Shown: positions 9,522 to 18,885, counted from the first letter of the stretch. The stretch is 64,000 nucleotides of DNA from an uncultured Gammaproteobacteria bacterium (GCA_964424195.1 CAYRHT010000004.1:76769-140768), one strand, 5' to 3'. Program-made: numbers and translations. Notes: generated by a model from the letters alone, not told the origin.

Positions 9522-9949
9522 GATTTTTAGGAATAGATCACGGACAATCAAAGATAGGTTTAGCTTTAGGAGATAATGAAGCTAATTTTTCTTTACCTTA
9601 CAAAATAGTAAAAACAGAGGAGTTTTTTAATGTTATTCATAGTGTTTTAGAAGAAGAAAGTATTGAAGAAATAGTTTTAGGACTACCAAAGAATCTTAAT
9701 AATGAAGAAACTCAACAAACTGCAATAGTATATGATTTTCTAAAAGAATTAAAAGAAGAAGTTAAACTACCAATTCATTTAGAAGATGAAAGAATGACTT
9801 CAGTGATGGGCAAAGGAATGCAAGGTAGATACCTTAGAGAAGATTCTAGAAAAGAGAATAGAAAGGATAAAGTAAAGATTAAATCTGATGAAGATGCTTC
9901 TTCCGCAGCTTTAATATTAGAAACATTTTTAAAGAGAAATTATGAATAG
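9518..9949 (+). CDS. ruvX: Putative pre-16S rRNA nuclease / Holliday-junction resolvase-like YqgF
   Basis: LGIDHGQSKIGLALGD N-terminal RNase H-like motif. Confidence 0.85.
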   Translation: MRFLGIDHGQSKIGLALGDNEANFSLPYKIVKTEEFFNVIHSVLEEESIEEIVLGLPKNLNNEETQQTAIVYDFLKELKEEVKLPIHLEDERMTSVMGKGMQGRYLREDSRKENRKDKVKIKSDEDASSAALILETFLKRNYE

Positions 9950-11027
9950 AATTTATATATACGCTATTATTTTTATTATATCTCTTCTAATGAGTTATTT
10001 TTTAACTTTATTAGCTAAGAAATTATCTTTTAAATTTAAAATACTTGATTACCCTAATGAAGAGAGGAAGATTCATCATCAACCCATAGCTCTTTTAGGT
10101 GGTTGGGCAATCTATCTAAGTTTTTCTATTCTAACTCTATTATTCATTATTTTCTTCCCAGATTTAATCTTAACTTATAATATTAGTTTCTGGCAGGTAA
10201 TTGGAATTATTATTGCTGGTTTAATTTTAATGGTTAGCGGGACCTTTGATGACAAGTATAATTTGAATGCTGGACAACAACTATCTCTAACTATTTTAGC
10301 TTGTCTGGTTATAATTTTTAGTGGAACAACTATTAAATTTATTACTCGACCAGGAGGAGGGATTATAGATTTAGGTGGTTCTCAAATTAGTTTCTTAGGA
10401 CAAGAATTTTATTTAATTGGAACAGTTTTAACTTTCTTTTGGCTTTTAATAATTACTAACACAACTAAGCTTTTAGATGGTCTAGATGGATTAGCTAGTG
10501 GAATCACTGGTATTGGAATGATAATCCTCTTCATAGTTTCTTTATTCTGGGATGCTCCTCAGAGCGGAACTAGTATTTTAATTCTAATGCTAGCTGGTTC
10601 TATATTTGGATTTTTAATATTAAACTTTCATCCAGCTAAGATATTTCTAGGTAATGGCGGAAGTACTTTTCTAGGTTTAGCAATTGGAGTGATGGCAATT
10701 ATTAGTGGAGCTAAGATTGCTACAGCTCTATTAGTCATGGGACTTCCTTTACTTGATATGGTTTGGGTAATTATCCAAAGATTAAGAAAAGGAGAGTCTC
10801 CTTTCAAACATGCTGATCAAAAGCATTTACATTTTCGTCTATTAAGTTTAGGATTAAGTAAGAGGCAAACAGTTTTAAGTTTGTATCTAATTTCATTATT
10901 CTTTGGATTCATTGCTTTATTCCAAGGAACAATAGGGAAGTTAACTAGCTTAACAATCCTAGTTTTATTTATTATAATAATATTTAGTTTTATTTATTAC
11001 CAAAATGAAAAAATTAAAAACAATTAG
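9942..11027 (+). CDS. Glycosyltransferase family 4 polyprenyl-phosphate sugar-1-phosphate transferase (WecA/TagO-like)
   Basis: FDDKYNL, NxxNxxDGLDGL, and C-terminal block resembling WecA (PLLDMVWVIIQRLRKGESPF...H.HHRLL). Confidence 0.75.
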   Translation: MNRIYIYAIIFIISLLMSYFLTLLAKKLSFKFKILDYPNEERKIHHQPIALLGGWAIYLSFSILTLLFIIFFPDLILTYNISFWQVIGIIIAGLILMVSGTFDDKYNLNAGQQLSLTILACLVIIFSGTTIKFITRPGGGIIDLGGSQISFLGQEFYLIGTVLTFFWLLIITNTTKLLDGLDGLASGITGIGMIILFIVSLFWDAPQSGTSILILMLAGSIFGFLILNFHPAKIFLGNGGSTFLGLAIGVMAIISGAKIATALLVMGLPLLDMVWVIIQRLRKGESPFKHADQKHLHFRLLSLGLSKRQTVLSLYLISLFFGFIALFQGTIGKLTSLTILVLFIIIIFSFIYYQNEKIKNN

Positions 11028-11427
11028 TTTAATTCTTTTAATATTATTACTATCAGCTTGTACTAATGATAGTATTGATTTAAAGATTAATGGAGAGGAC
11101 TTACATGTAGATATCTCAGCAGATGCTTTGAGTAGAACTCGAGGATTATCAGGAGTAGAAAGTCTTTGTGATAATTGTGGAATGGTTTTTATATTCGGAG
11201 AAGAGTCTAAATATACTTTTTGGATGAGAGAGATGAATTTCCCATTAGATATTTTGTATATCCAAAAAGATGAAATAGTAGAGATATTTAAAGATGTTCA
11301 GATCTTAAATGACATGGGAGAAATTACAGAAATATTTCCTAATCAGAGCGCTGACAAGGTCTTAGAGCTAAATGCTGGATGGTGTGATGCTCACAATGTT
11401 CAAATAGGTGACAGGATAGAATTATAA
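11005..11427 (+). CDS. DUF192-family lipoprotein
   Basis: Lipobox LLSAC; GMVFIF...FWMREMNFPLDILYI...LELNAGW matches DUF192/COG1430 pattern. Confidence 0.6.
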   Translation: MKKLKTISLILLILLLSACTNDSIDLKINGEDLHVDISADALSRTRGLSGVESLCDNCGMVFIFGEESKYTFWMREMNFPLDILYIQKDEIVEIFKDVQILNDMGEITEIFPNQSADKVLELNAGWCDAHNVQIGDRIEL

Positions 11428-11442
11428 TTAACAGTATAAGAA

Positions 11443-12642
11443 ATGAAATTATCAGAGAGAGCAATAGCTACTCAAGAATCACCAATTAGGAAGTTGAAAC
11501 CTTTAGTAGATCAAGTTGAAGCTAAAGGAATTAAAATATACCGTCTAAATATTGGGCAACCAGATTTAGAAACTCCTAAAGAGATAGTAAAAGTCTACAA
11601 AAAATATCATGAAAAAGTTTTAAGCTATGGTCCAGCTCAAGGCTTAGATTTGTATCGAGAAAATTTAGTAAACTATTACCAAAGAAATAATATTGATATT
11701 AATAAAGATGATATTATTGTCACCACTGCTGGCTCAGAAGCTATTATTTTTGCTTTAATGACAACTTGTAATCCTGGGGATGAGATTATCATTCCTGAAC
11801 CTTTCTATACCAATTACAATGGATTTGCTAAAATGGCTGGAGTTAAAGTAGTTCCTTTAACTACTCATGCTGAGAATGGATATGGTTTACCAAGTGATGA
11901 AAAGATTAAAGAGTTAATTAATGAAAAGACTAAAGCTATTCTAATCTGTAGTCCTAATAATCCTACTGGAGCAGTTTATCCTCGTAAAGATATGGAAAGA
12001 ATTGCTAAAATAGCTCAAGAACATGATCTATTTATAATCTCTGATGAAGTTTATCGAGAATTTATTTACAATGGAGAAGAACAAGTTAGTTTTTTAAATA
12101 TCAAGGATATAGAAGATAAAGTTATCATGGTTGATAGTATCTCTAAGAGGTATAGTGCTTGTGGAGCTAGAATAGGTTGTTTAATTTCTCGGAATAAAGG
12201 AATAATGGCTGCAGCTTTGAAATTTGCTCAAGCTAGACTATGTCCACCAACAATTGATCAATTAGCTGCTAACGCTGCTATTGATATTAAGCCTAGTTAT
12301 TTCAAGAGAGTAATAAAGGAGTATGATAAACGAAGAAATATTGTCTTTAATGCTCTACAAGAGATGGAAGGAGTAATCTGTGAAAAACCAGCTGGTTCTT
12401 TCTATATCATGGCTAAACTACCAATTAAAGACGCAGAAAGCTTTATAAAATGGCTTTTAACAGACTTTGAGATAGATAATGAAACATTGGTACTAGCTCC
12501 AGGAAATGGCTTCTATGCTACTCCAAATGCTGGTAGAGACAAGGTTAGAATAGCCTATGTTTTGAATGAAAAAGACCTAAAGAAAGCAATGTATATTTTA
12601 AAGAAAGGTTTAGAAGAATACAAAAAAATAAATAATAATTAA
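11443..12642 (+). CDS. PLP-dependent class I/II aminotransferase (aspartate/aromatic type)
   Basis: SISKRYSACGARIG PLP-lysine region; fold-type I similarity. Confidence 0.85.
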   Translation: MKLSERAIATQESPIRKLKPLVDQVEAKGIKIYRLNIGQPDLETPKEIVKVYKKYHEKVLSYGPAQGLDLYRENLVNYYQRNNIDINKDDIIVTTAGSEAIIFALMTTCNPGDEIIIPEPFYTNYNGFAKMAGVKVVPLTTHAENGYGLPSDEKIKELINEKTKAILICSPNNPTGAVYPRKDMERIAKIAQEHDLFIISDEVYREFIYNGEEQVSFLNIKDIEDKVIMVDSISKRYSACGARIGCLISRNKGIMAAALKFAQARLCPPTIDQLAANAAIDIKPSYFKRVIKEYDKRRNIVFNALQEMEGVICEKPAGSFYIMAKLPIKDAESFIKWLLTDFEIDNETLVLAPGNGFYATPNAGRDKVRIAYVLNEKDLKKAMYILKKGLEEYKKINNN

Positions 12643-12651
12643 TATAAAAAT

Positions 12652-13950
12652 ATGAAAAAAGCAATTATTTTTGCAATTTGTATAGCATTTCTATGGAATT
12701 TTTCTTTGAGCTTAGTTAAAGCTGAGGAAGTAGATAACGTAGAAGAGGTAGAATCTTATCTAGAAGAAGATATCCAGGAATTTATTGGAGAGAATCAAGT
12801 AATTTTAGATGTTCAAGATATAGAAGGAGTTACTGTTAAAGAGGTTAAAAAGATGCCTAGTAAATTTGGTTTATTTTGGAGAGGAATGAGAGAAAAAGTG
12901 ACAGTAGCTTTAACCTTTAATCCTATAAAAAAGGCAGAAAAAAGATTAATGTTTGCGGGAGAAAAGATTAAATTATCAGAATATATTATAGAAAATTCTG
13001 AGAGTGAAAAAGCACAAGAATTAGCAATAAAAATGTCAGAGAAGGCTAATGAATTTATTCTAAAAATAGAAGAGAATAAAGATAAAATATTAGATAGAGC
13101 TGAAGAGAAAAGGGGAAAGATATTTGAAAATGTATTAAAACACAAGGCTAATCGAGATGCTGTACTAGATAAAATAGAGAATAAGATTCCTACTGAAAAG
13201 TTAGAGAAACTTAATTTAATAAGAGAAAATAATAAGATTGAAGATGAAAAATTAAAAGCAATCTTAAAGAGCAAAAAGCTTCCAGAAATTTACAAGAAAA
13301 AGATTCAAATCCAATATAATAATTTTTCTAATAAGCTAGAATATCATAAAGAATTTATTGAAAAAAATAAGGAATTAATAGAGAAAGCAAAAGAAGGAGA
13401 TAAAGAAGCTAAAGCAGAGTTAACAAAGATAAAAAAAGATACTAAAGAGGAATTAAAAGAGACTGTAGATGCAATTGTTGCTGAGAAGAGAGTAGAGAAA
13501 GATAAGCTATTAATAGAAATTAAAGAAAATAAGAGAGGATCTTATGAATCTTTCAAAAAATCAATGTCTGCTAAAAAGAAGTTGATGGAGAATACTGTAG
13601 GTACTAGTGAAGATGTTAGAGTTCAATTACGAAATAGTAATAAGAAGATAATAGAAGCAAAAAGAAGTGTAATTAAGAAAGAAAGAGCAATTAGATCTAG
13701 TATAGTCCCAACAGAAGTAAAAGGAGCAGAGAAGCTTCATCCTATTGTTGAAAATAATCGTAAATTTTTGGAAAAGCTAGGTGTTGATGTAAATACATGG
13801 TCTAGAAGAGTTACACCTGAATTAGAGAAATGTTTTAGAGGAAAAGTCGGTGAAAAGAGATTTAAAGAAATAGAGAAAAGTTCTTCTGGAGATCCTCAAG
13901 CTCTAAGAGTATCTGATCTTATTAAAGCTAGAAAGTGTGTTAATCAGTAA
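12652..13950 (+). CDS. Secreted Lys/Glu-rich coiled-coil protein, unknown function
   Basis: N-terminal signal peptide then low-complexity K/E-rich helix-prone sequence. Confidence 0.5.
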   Translation: MKKAIIFAICIAFLWNFSLSLVKAEEVDNVEEVESYLEEDIQEFIGENQVILDVQDIEGVTVKEVKKMPSKFGLFWRGMREKVTVALTFNPIKKAEKRLMFAGEKIKLSEYIIENSESEKAQELAIKMSEKANEFILKIEENKDKILDRAEEKRGKIFENVLKHKANRDAVLDKIENKIPTEKLEKLNLIRENNKIEDEKLKAILKSKKLPEIYKKKIQIQYNNFSNKLEYHKEFIEKNKELIEKAKEGDKEAKAELTKIKKDTKEELKETVDAIVAEKRVEKDKLLIEIKENKRGSYESFKKSMSAKKKLMENTVGTSEDVRVQLRNSNKKIIEAKRSVIKKERAIRSSIVPTEVKGAEKLHPIVENNRKFLEKLGVDVNTWSRRVTPELEKCFRGKVGEKRFKEIEKSSSGDPQALRVSDLIKARKCVNQ

Positions 13951-14028
13951 AAAGGGGCTATAGTATTGACTTTTTATCTCTATTGTAGTAAAATTCTATT
14001 ACATTATTAATATAATCTTTATAAAGAT

Positions 14029-14331
14029 ATGAAAATTGCAATAGTAAAAACTGGTGGAAAACAATATAAAGTTAAAGCTGGTGATAAATTTAAAGTAGAA
14101 AAACTAGTTAGTGAAGAAGGTAAATCTATTAAATTAGATGTTCTTTTAATGGCCGATGGAGATAAGGTTGAAGTTGGAACTCCAATGTTAAAAGATAAGG
14201 TTGAAGCTAAAGTTATTCGACAGTTTAGAGATAAAAAGATTAGAGTTGTTAAATACAAGAATAAGACTAGATATTGTAAGGTTTATGGTCACAGACAACA
14301 TTTAACTGAATTAGAAGTTACTAAAGTATAA
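14029..14331 (+). CDS. rplU: 50S ribosomal protein L21
   Basis: MKIAIVKTGGKQYKV.AGD.FKVEKL...YCKVYGHRQHLT. Confidence 0.9.
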   Translation: MKIAIVKTGGKQYKVKAGDKFKVEKLVSEEGKSIKLDVLLMADGDKVEVGTPMLKDKVEAKVIRQFRDKKIRVVKYKNKTRYCKVYGHRQHLTELEVTKV

Positions 14332-14353
14332 TATTTCTAGATAGATATAAAAA

Positions 14354-14380
14354 AGCCTCGTTTCTAACGGGGTTTTTTGG
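14354..14380. terminator. Bidirectional rho-independent terminator (rplU / nudix)
   Basis: cctcgtt-tcta-aacgggg hairpin plus TTTTTT. Confidence 0.65.
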
Positions 14381-14407
14381 TTGACCCAATTACTTTATTA
14401 TCTATTA

Positions 14408-14848
14408 TTACCATCCATACTCGCTATAAAACTTTTTGTCTTTAATTTGCTCAAAGACAAATCTAATATAATCAATAGTATTATCAGGTAGATTATCTAT
14501 TGGAAACCACGACAAATCATCACACTTATTAGGCTCCATGTTTTTGACTTCATCTTGCTGTTTATTAGTTATAAAAAAAGCATCTACCCACTCAACCTTT
14601 TCTTCTGATTTTCGATGCATAATATGTACTATATTTACATCATCTGTTTTTAATGTGATTCCTATTTCTTCTTTAACTTCCCGAATTAAAGTCTGAGTAA
14701 ATGTTTCATTTTTTTCTACATGACCAGAAGGAATGCCATATTTTCCGTCATTATAGCCCGTATTATAACGACGCTGTAATAATACTTTATTATCTTTCAT
14801 TAATATAAGATAAGAGGCGGTCATATTATGGGGTTTCTTTTTATTCAT
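14408..14848 (-). CDS. NUDIX hydrolase
   Basis: Nudix box GHVEKNETFTQTLIREVKEEIGI. Confidence 0.8.
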   Translation of the reverse strand: MNKKKPHNMTASYLILMKDNKVLLQRRYNTGYNDGKYGIPSGHVEKNETFTQTLIREVKEEIGITLKTDDVNIVHIMHRKSEEKVEWVDAFFITNKQQDEVKNMEPNKCDDLSWFPIDNLPDNTIDYIRFVFEQIKDKKFYSEYGW

Positions 14849-14858
14849 GATTTTATAT

Positions 14859-15158
14859 TTAAGTAGCTAATTTAAATTTTTTTACTTTATTTTTTAAAAT
14901 AGGACTGAGAACTCGTCTTTCTTTTTCAAGATTATAATGTAGTTGAAGATTAAGCCAGAATTCAGGAGAATTATTAAAGTATTTTGCTAATCTCAAGGCT
15001 GTATCAGCAGTAATAGCTCTTTTGTTTTTAACAATTTCACTAATTCTAATAGCAGGAACATTAATGTCCTTTGCTAAACGATACATAGTGATATTAAGGG
15101 GTTTTAAAAATTCTTCTTTTAATATTTCACCAGGATGAATTTGTTTTATTTTACTCAT
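14859..15158 (-). CDS. higA: HigA antitoxin (XRE-family HTH)
   Basis: IHPGEILKEEFL.PL.I..YRLAKDI.VPA.RISEIV..KRAITADTALRLAKYF. Confidence 0.85.
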   Translation of the reverse strand: MSKIKQIHPGEILKEEFLKPLNITMYRLAKDINVPAIRISEIVKNKRAITADTALRLAKYFNNSPEFWLNLQLHYNLEKERRVLSPILKNKVKKFKLAT

Positions 15159-15162
15159 ATAT

Positions 15163-15444
15163 TTAATGATAATCTATTATTTGGACTTGATAAGCATGAC
15201 CATTATTCCATTCAAATATTATTCGCCATTGATCGTTGATCCGAATACTATGTTTATTCTTAAATTTACCTTTCATCAGTTTAAGATGATTAGAAGGAGG
15301 AGTATGTAAATCATTTAAAGAAATAGAAGCTTCTAAAATTAATAATTTCATCAAAGCTTTCTTTTGAATTGAAGTAGGTAATTTTTTAGAATATTCATAA
15401 TTGAATATCTTTTTAGTTTCTTTACAATTAAAAGTTTTAATCAT
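15163..15444 (-). CDS. higB: HigB toxin (RelE/ParE superfamily)
   Basis: ...LKLMKGKFKNKHSIRINDQWRIIFEW..GHAYQVQIIDYH; 4 nt upstream of higA. Confidence 0.8.
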   Translation of the reverse strand: MIKTFNCKETKKIFNYEYSKKLPTSIQKKALMKLLILEASISLNDLHTPPSNHLKLMKGKFKNKHSIRINDQWRIIFEWNNGHAYQVQIIDYH

Positions 15445-15507
15445 AATCGCTTTTCTTATTTTTAATAATAACGTAAGACGATAATATTGTCAAGCGTTAT
15501 TAGTCTT

Positions 15508-15600
15508 TTATTCCAACCTCTTCCTATCCTCTAAAGCTGAAGAAAGAGTTAGTTCGTCAGTGTATTTTAAATCAGAGCCCATAGGGATCCCTTGAGATAA
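15508..15600 (-). pseudogene. Duplicated recR 3'-end fragment (encodes ...GIPMGSDLKYTDELTLSSALEDRKRLE-stop)
   Basis: About 73% nt identity to recR 3' end at 16582-16665, with a 22-nt perfect core (15545-15566 = 16604-16625); mostly synonymous differences. Confidence 0.6.
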
Positions 15601-15608
15601 ATGATTTA

Positions 15609-15956
15609 TTATTTAGTATGAGTAGGAGGTATTGAATTTACTTTAGTATTAAATTTAATTATTCCAGGGATAAGTAATGTATTCATGTATGAATTTGACC
15701 TACAATAATTATTTAAACAAAATGTTTTAGCATTACAATGACTATCACATCTTGTACCCATGCTCCATTCATTAGGTTTACAGAACTCAGTAATTCTTTC
15801 TGAAGTACAATCTAAATAGGTATCACAAGGAATATATTTTTTATTCAATTCACAGTTAATTTGATATGAATTTTTTGATAGATAATTATAATATCCATAG
15901 CCCACAAGAATGAAGAGTAATATAATTAACAAAATCCATTTAAGATATTTTTTCAT
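15609..15956 (-). CDS. Small signal-anchored Cys-rich protein (115 aa, 10 Cys)
   Basis: N-terminal hydrophobic helix then Cys-rich domain; unknown family. Confidence 0.5.
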   Translation of the reverse strand: MKKYLKWILLIILLFILVGYGYYNYLSKNSYQINCELNKKYIPCDTYLDCTSERITEFCKPNEWSMGTRCDSHCNAKTFCLNNYCRSNSYMNTLLIPGIIKFNTKVNSIPPTHTK

Positions 15957-16010
15957 ATTATTTTACTCATATATTCACAAGCTTAGCTTAATTTATTTGT
16001 GTATAATGAT

Positions 16011-16271
16011 TTATTGATAAACATCGTGATTTCCTACAGAATGAAAATATACTGTATTTTTCTTTTTACTAAATTCAAAAATTATTCGATATTTATAACC
16101 AATTGAGAATGATAAAAACTTTTTAAGTCTACCTTTTAATTTATGTGTTTTTAGTTTTGGGTTGCGCGGATTTCGACGAAATATTACTTCATGCTCCTCA
16201 GCAATTGTTTTTACAGACGAGGGTAGTTTTCGATATTCTTTGGCAAATTTTGAACTATAGATAATTTTCAT
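16011..16271 (-). CDS. RelE/StbE-family type II toxin
   Basis: ...HKLKGRLKKFLSFSIGYKYRIIFEF....VYFHSVGNH..VY; adjacent antitoxin. Confidence 0.8.
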   Translation of the reverse strand: MKIIYSSKFAKEYRKLPSSVKTIAEEHEVIFRRNPRNPKLKTHKLKGRLKKFLSFSIGYKYRIIFEFSKKKNTVYFHSVGNHDVYQ

Positions 16272-16280
16272 AGATAGTGA

Positions 16281-16496
16281 TTATCTTAAGTTTTTTAGAG
16301 ATTTTAAAGTTTTACCTTTGCCTGATATAATTTCCTGACGACTTTCATTAAGTTCGTTTAATAGTTTTCCGGCTTGCCAATCGCGTAAAAGATCACGAAA
16401 AAATTCACTAGTACTGATATATTGTTCTTTTTTTACAAAAGTTTTTACATTTTTAGCCATTTGAGATGGCATAGAAATATTAATTATTTCTCGCAT
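16281..16496 (-). CDS. Type II antitoxin (RHH, ParD/RelB-like)
   Basis: 71 aa, SEFFRDLLRDW motif; 9 nt upstream of RelE-like toxin. Confidence 0.65.
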   Translation of the reverse strand: MREIINISMPSQMAKNVKTFVKKEQYISTSEFFRDLLRDWQAGKLLNELNESRQEIISGKGKTLKSLKNLR

Positions 16497-16566
16497 AAGT
16501 TTAAATTAATTGTAATATATTGTATTACAATATTAACACACTGTAAATTTTTGTCAATGAGATATT

Positions 16567-17160
16567 CTAATTTAACTTTTTCCTATTCTCCAGAGCAGAG
16601 GAGAGAGTTAGTTCGTCAGTGTATTCTAGGTCTGAACCCATGGGAATACCTCTAGCTAAACGAGTAATAGTTATATTAGAGTTCTTAAAGATGTTTTTTA
16701 AATAAGTAGTAGTAGCTTCTCCTTGAATGTTAGCATCAAATGCTAGAATAATTTCTTTAACATTGTTGTTTTTAATTCTATTTACTAATTCTTTTATAAA
16801 TAGCTTGTCGGGAGTCATACCTGAGAGAGGATCGATAAGACCACCAAGAATATGATAAACTCCATTGAACTTACCAGTAGATTCCATAACTTCTAAGTCG
16901 CTAGTATTAGCAATAACACAAATAGTATCTTTCTGACGATTAGAACTACTACAAATAGGGCAGGGGTTAACATCAGAGAAGTTATTACATAACTGACAGA
17001 CCTTTAGTTCTTTAGTATTATGTAAAGCTCTCATAAAGTCATCTATCTTAGCTTTAGGTTTTGAAGCCAAAAAAAGAGCAAGACGCTCAGCTGATTTAGG
17101 GCCAATGCCCGGCAGAGTCATCAATTGCTCTATTAAGTTTTTTATTATATTTGGATACAT
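16567..17160 (-). CDS. recR: Recombination protein RecR
   Basis: C4 zinc finger CQLCNNFSDVNPCPIC, Toprim domain. Confidence 0.95.
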   Translation of the reverse strand: MYPNIIKNLIEQLMTLPGIGPKSAERLALFLASKPKAKIDDFMRALHNTKELKVCQLCNNFSDVNPCPICSSSNRQKDTICVIANTSDLEVMESTGKFNGVYHILGGLIDPLSGMTPDKLFIKELVNRIKNNNVKEIILAFDANIQGEATTTYLKNIFKNSNITITRLARGIPMGSDLEYTDELTLSSALENRKKLN

Positions 17161-17448
17161 TTAGAAATTGAAGTTAGGCATAGATATTTCTCCATTTTTC
17201 ATCTTCTCAGCCATCATTTTTTGAACCTTATTAGTAGCATTAGAAAATAGTTCAGGAATAATACTTTCAATTGTTGAGTTTTCCATATCTTCTGGAATAC
17301 TTAGAGAAAGTACTTTTTGATTACCATCCATTTTTAAAACAATACCTCTTTGTTCTACTTCTACATTCTCTTGAGAAAGAGTATCTTGCATACTCTTAGC
17401 TTGAGCTTTTAAATCTTTAATTTGGTTTAATTTGGAGAACATATTCAT
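17161..17448 (-). CDS. ybaB: Nucleoid-associated protein YbaB/EbfC
   Basis: YbaB similarity; conserved ybaB-recR pair. Confidence 0.9.
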   Translation of the reverse strand: MNMFSKLNQIKDLKAQAKSMQDTLSQENVEVEQRGIVLKMDGNQKVLSLSIPEDMENSTIESIIPELFSNATNKVQKMMAEKMKNGEISMPNFNF

Positions 17449-17469
17449 AATCTTATCTTTTGTTATTTA

Positions 17470-18885
17470 TTATACTTCTATTGGTTCTGGACTTGCATCT
17501 GCTCGTTTTTCTAGACTCTTGAAACTAACTGTTTCTAGATCGAAAAAGGTTTTAACCATTCCAGTTGGACCATTCCGATGTTTAGCAATATGGATTTCAG
17601 CAATTCCTTTCTCCTCAGGAGTTAGGTCTTCTAAACGATAGTTTCTATCTGCTGCTTTTCGATAGATAAACATTACTACATCAGCATCTTGTTCTATTGT
17701 ACCAGACTCTCGAAGATGAGCCAATTTAGGTATCGCAGGTTTAGTTTGTTCTACAGCACGAGAAAGCTGAGATAGGGCAATGATTGGAATATTTAATTCT
17801 CGAGCAATGTTTTTTAAACCTCTAGTGATTTCAGCAACTTCTTGAACTCGATTCTCTTTATTTCCCTTAGATTCCATCAACTGTAAATAATCAATGATTA
17901 AGAGAGAAAGGTTATGTTCTAATTTTAATCTTCGAGCTTTAGTTCTAATCTGCATGATATTTAGGGAAGCAGAGTCATCGATAAATATCTTTGCTTCAGA
18001 GAGAGTTCCCATAGCATGTCCTATTTTTGGAAAGTCATCATGTTCAGCTTTATCAGATAATCTACCAGTTCTCATTTTCCATAATGATACTCCAGCTTCA
18101 GAACAGAGGATTCTATCCACTAATTCTTCTTTACTCATTTCTAAAGAGAATAGTCCAATTGTTTCTTTACCACTTACAGCAGCATGACGAGCAATATCTA
18201 AAGCTAGAGATGTTTTACCAACAGAGGGCCGAGCCGCGATAATAATTAGGTTAGATTTTTGGAAACCAGCTAGGACATTATCTAAATCAGGAAATCCAGT
18301 TGGAACACCTCTGAGTTTACCTTTATTCTTATGCAATTCATCAATCCTATCAAAAGTATCATTTAAAACACTAGAAATTGGTATAAAGTTTTCTCGGAGG
18401 AACTTTTGGGATATTTGAAAAAGCTTTCTTTCAGAATTATCTAAAACATCATCAACTACATTAGTTTCATCATAGGCTAGACTAATGATCTCTTGAGAGG
18501 CTTTTAATAATCTTCGGAGAGTGGCTTTCTTTTGAACTATTTCAGCGTAGTATTTTACATTACCAGCAGTAACTACAGAGTTAGTTAAACTAGCTAAATA
18601 TGATTTACCACCAATGTTTTCCAATTCTTTTCTGTCTTCTAGAGAGTTAGCAACTGAGAGTAGATCAATTGGTTCTCTTTTTTCATAGAGTTCTAAACAA
18701 GATTCATATATTTTCTGATGAGCATTTCGGTAAAAATCTTCAGGATTTAAAATATCAGCAATCTTGTTAATTGCTTCATCATCAATTAAAATAGAGCCCA
18801 AGACATTAGCTTCAGCTTCTAAATTATGTGGAGGTATCTTATCAATACTTTCAGACTTATTTATAGTAGTTATTTTTTTATTCAT
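17470..18885 (-). CDS. dnaB: Replicative DNA helicase DnaB
   Basis: GFPDLD.., Walker A ARPSVGKTS, full-length DnaB similarity. Confidence 0.95.
   Translation of the reverse strand: MNKKITTINKSESIDKIPPHNLEAEANVLGSILIDDEAINKIADILNPEDFYRNAHQKIYESCLELYEKREPIDLLSVANSLEDRKELENIGGKSYLASLTNSVVTAGNVKYYAEIVQKKATLRRLLKASQEIISLAYDETNVVDDVLDNSERKLFQISQKFLRENFIPISSVLNDTFDRIDELHKNKGKLRGVPTGFPDLDNVLAGFQKSNLIIIAARPSVGKTSLALDIARHAAVSGKETIGLFSLEMSKEELVDRILCSEAGVSLWKMRTGRLSDKAEHDDFPKIGHAMGTLSEAKIFIDDSASLNIMQIRTKARRLKLEHNLSLLIIDYLQLMESKGNKENRVQEVAEITRGLKNIARELNIPIIALSQLSRAVEQTKPAIPKLAHLRESGTIEQDADVVMFIYRKAADRNYRLEDLTPEEKGIAEIHIAKHRNGPTGMVKTFFDLETVSFKSLEKRADASPEPIEV

Noticed and set aside
9942-11027. Assignment as MraY (peptidoglycan lipid I synthase)
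   Set aside because: The C-terminal block and DDxxxL motif fit WecA/TagO better than MraY; not in a dcw cluster (ftsA/ftsZ are 37 kb away). The MraY possibility was not fully excluded.
14400-16570. Prophage or integrative element with integrase
   Set aside because: An attachment-like duplication is present, but no integrase, recombinase or phage structural gene could be recognised; reported instead as a remnant cassette.
16422-16655. 77-aa plus-strand ORF spanning the antitoxin start and recR end
   Set aside because: Antisense to two supported genes; coincides with the recR-3' repeat region; no RBS.
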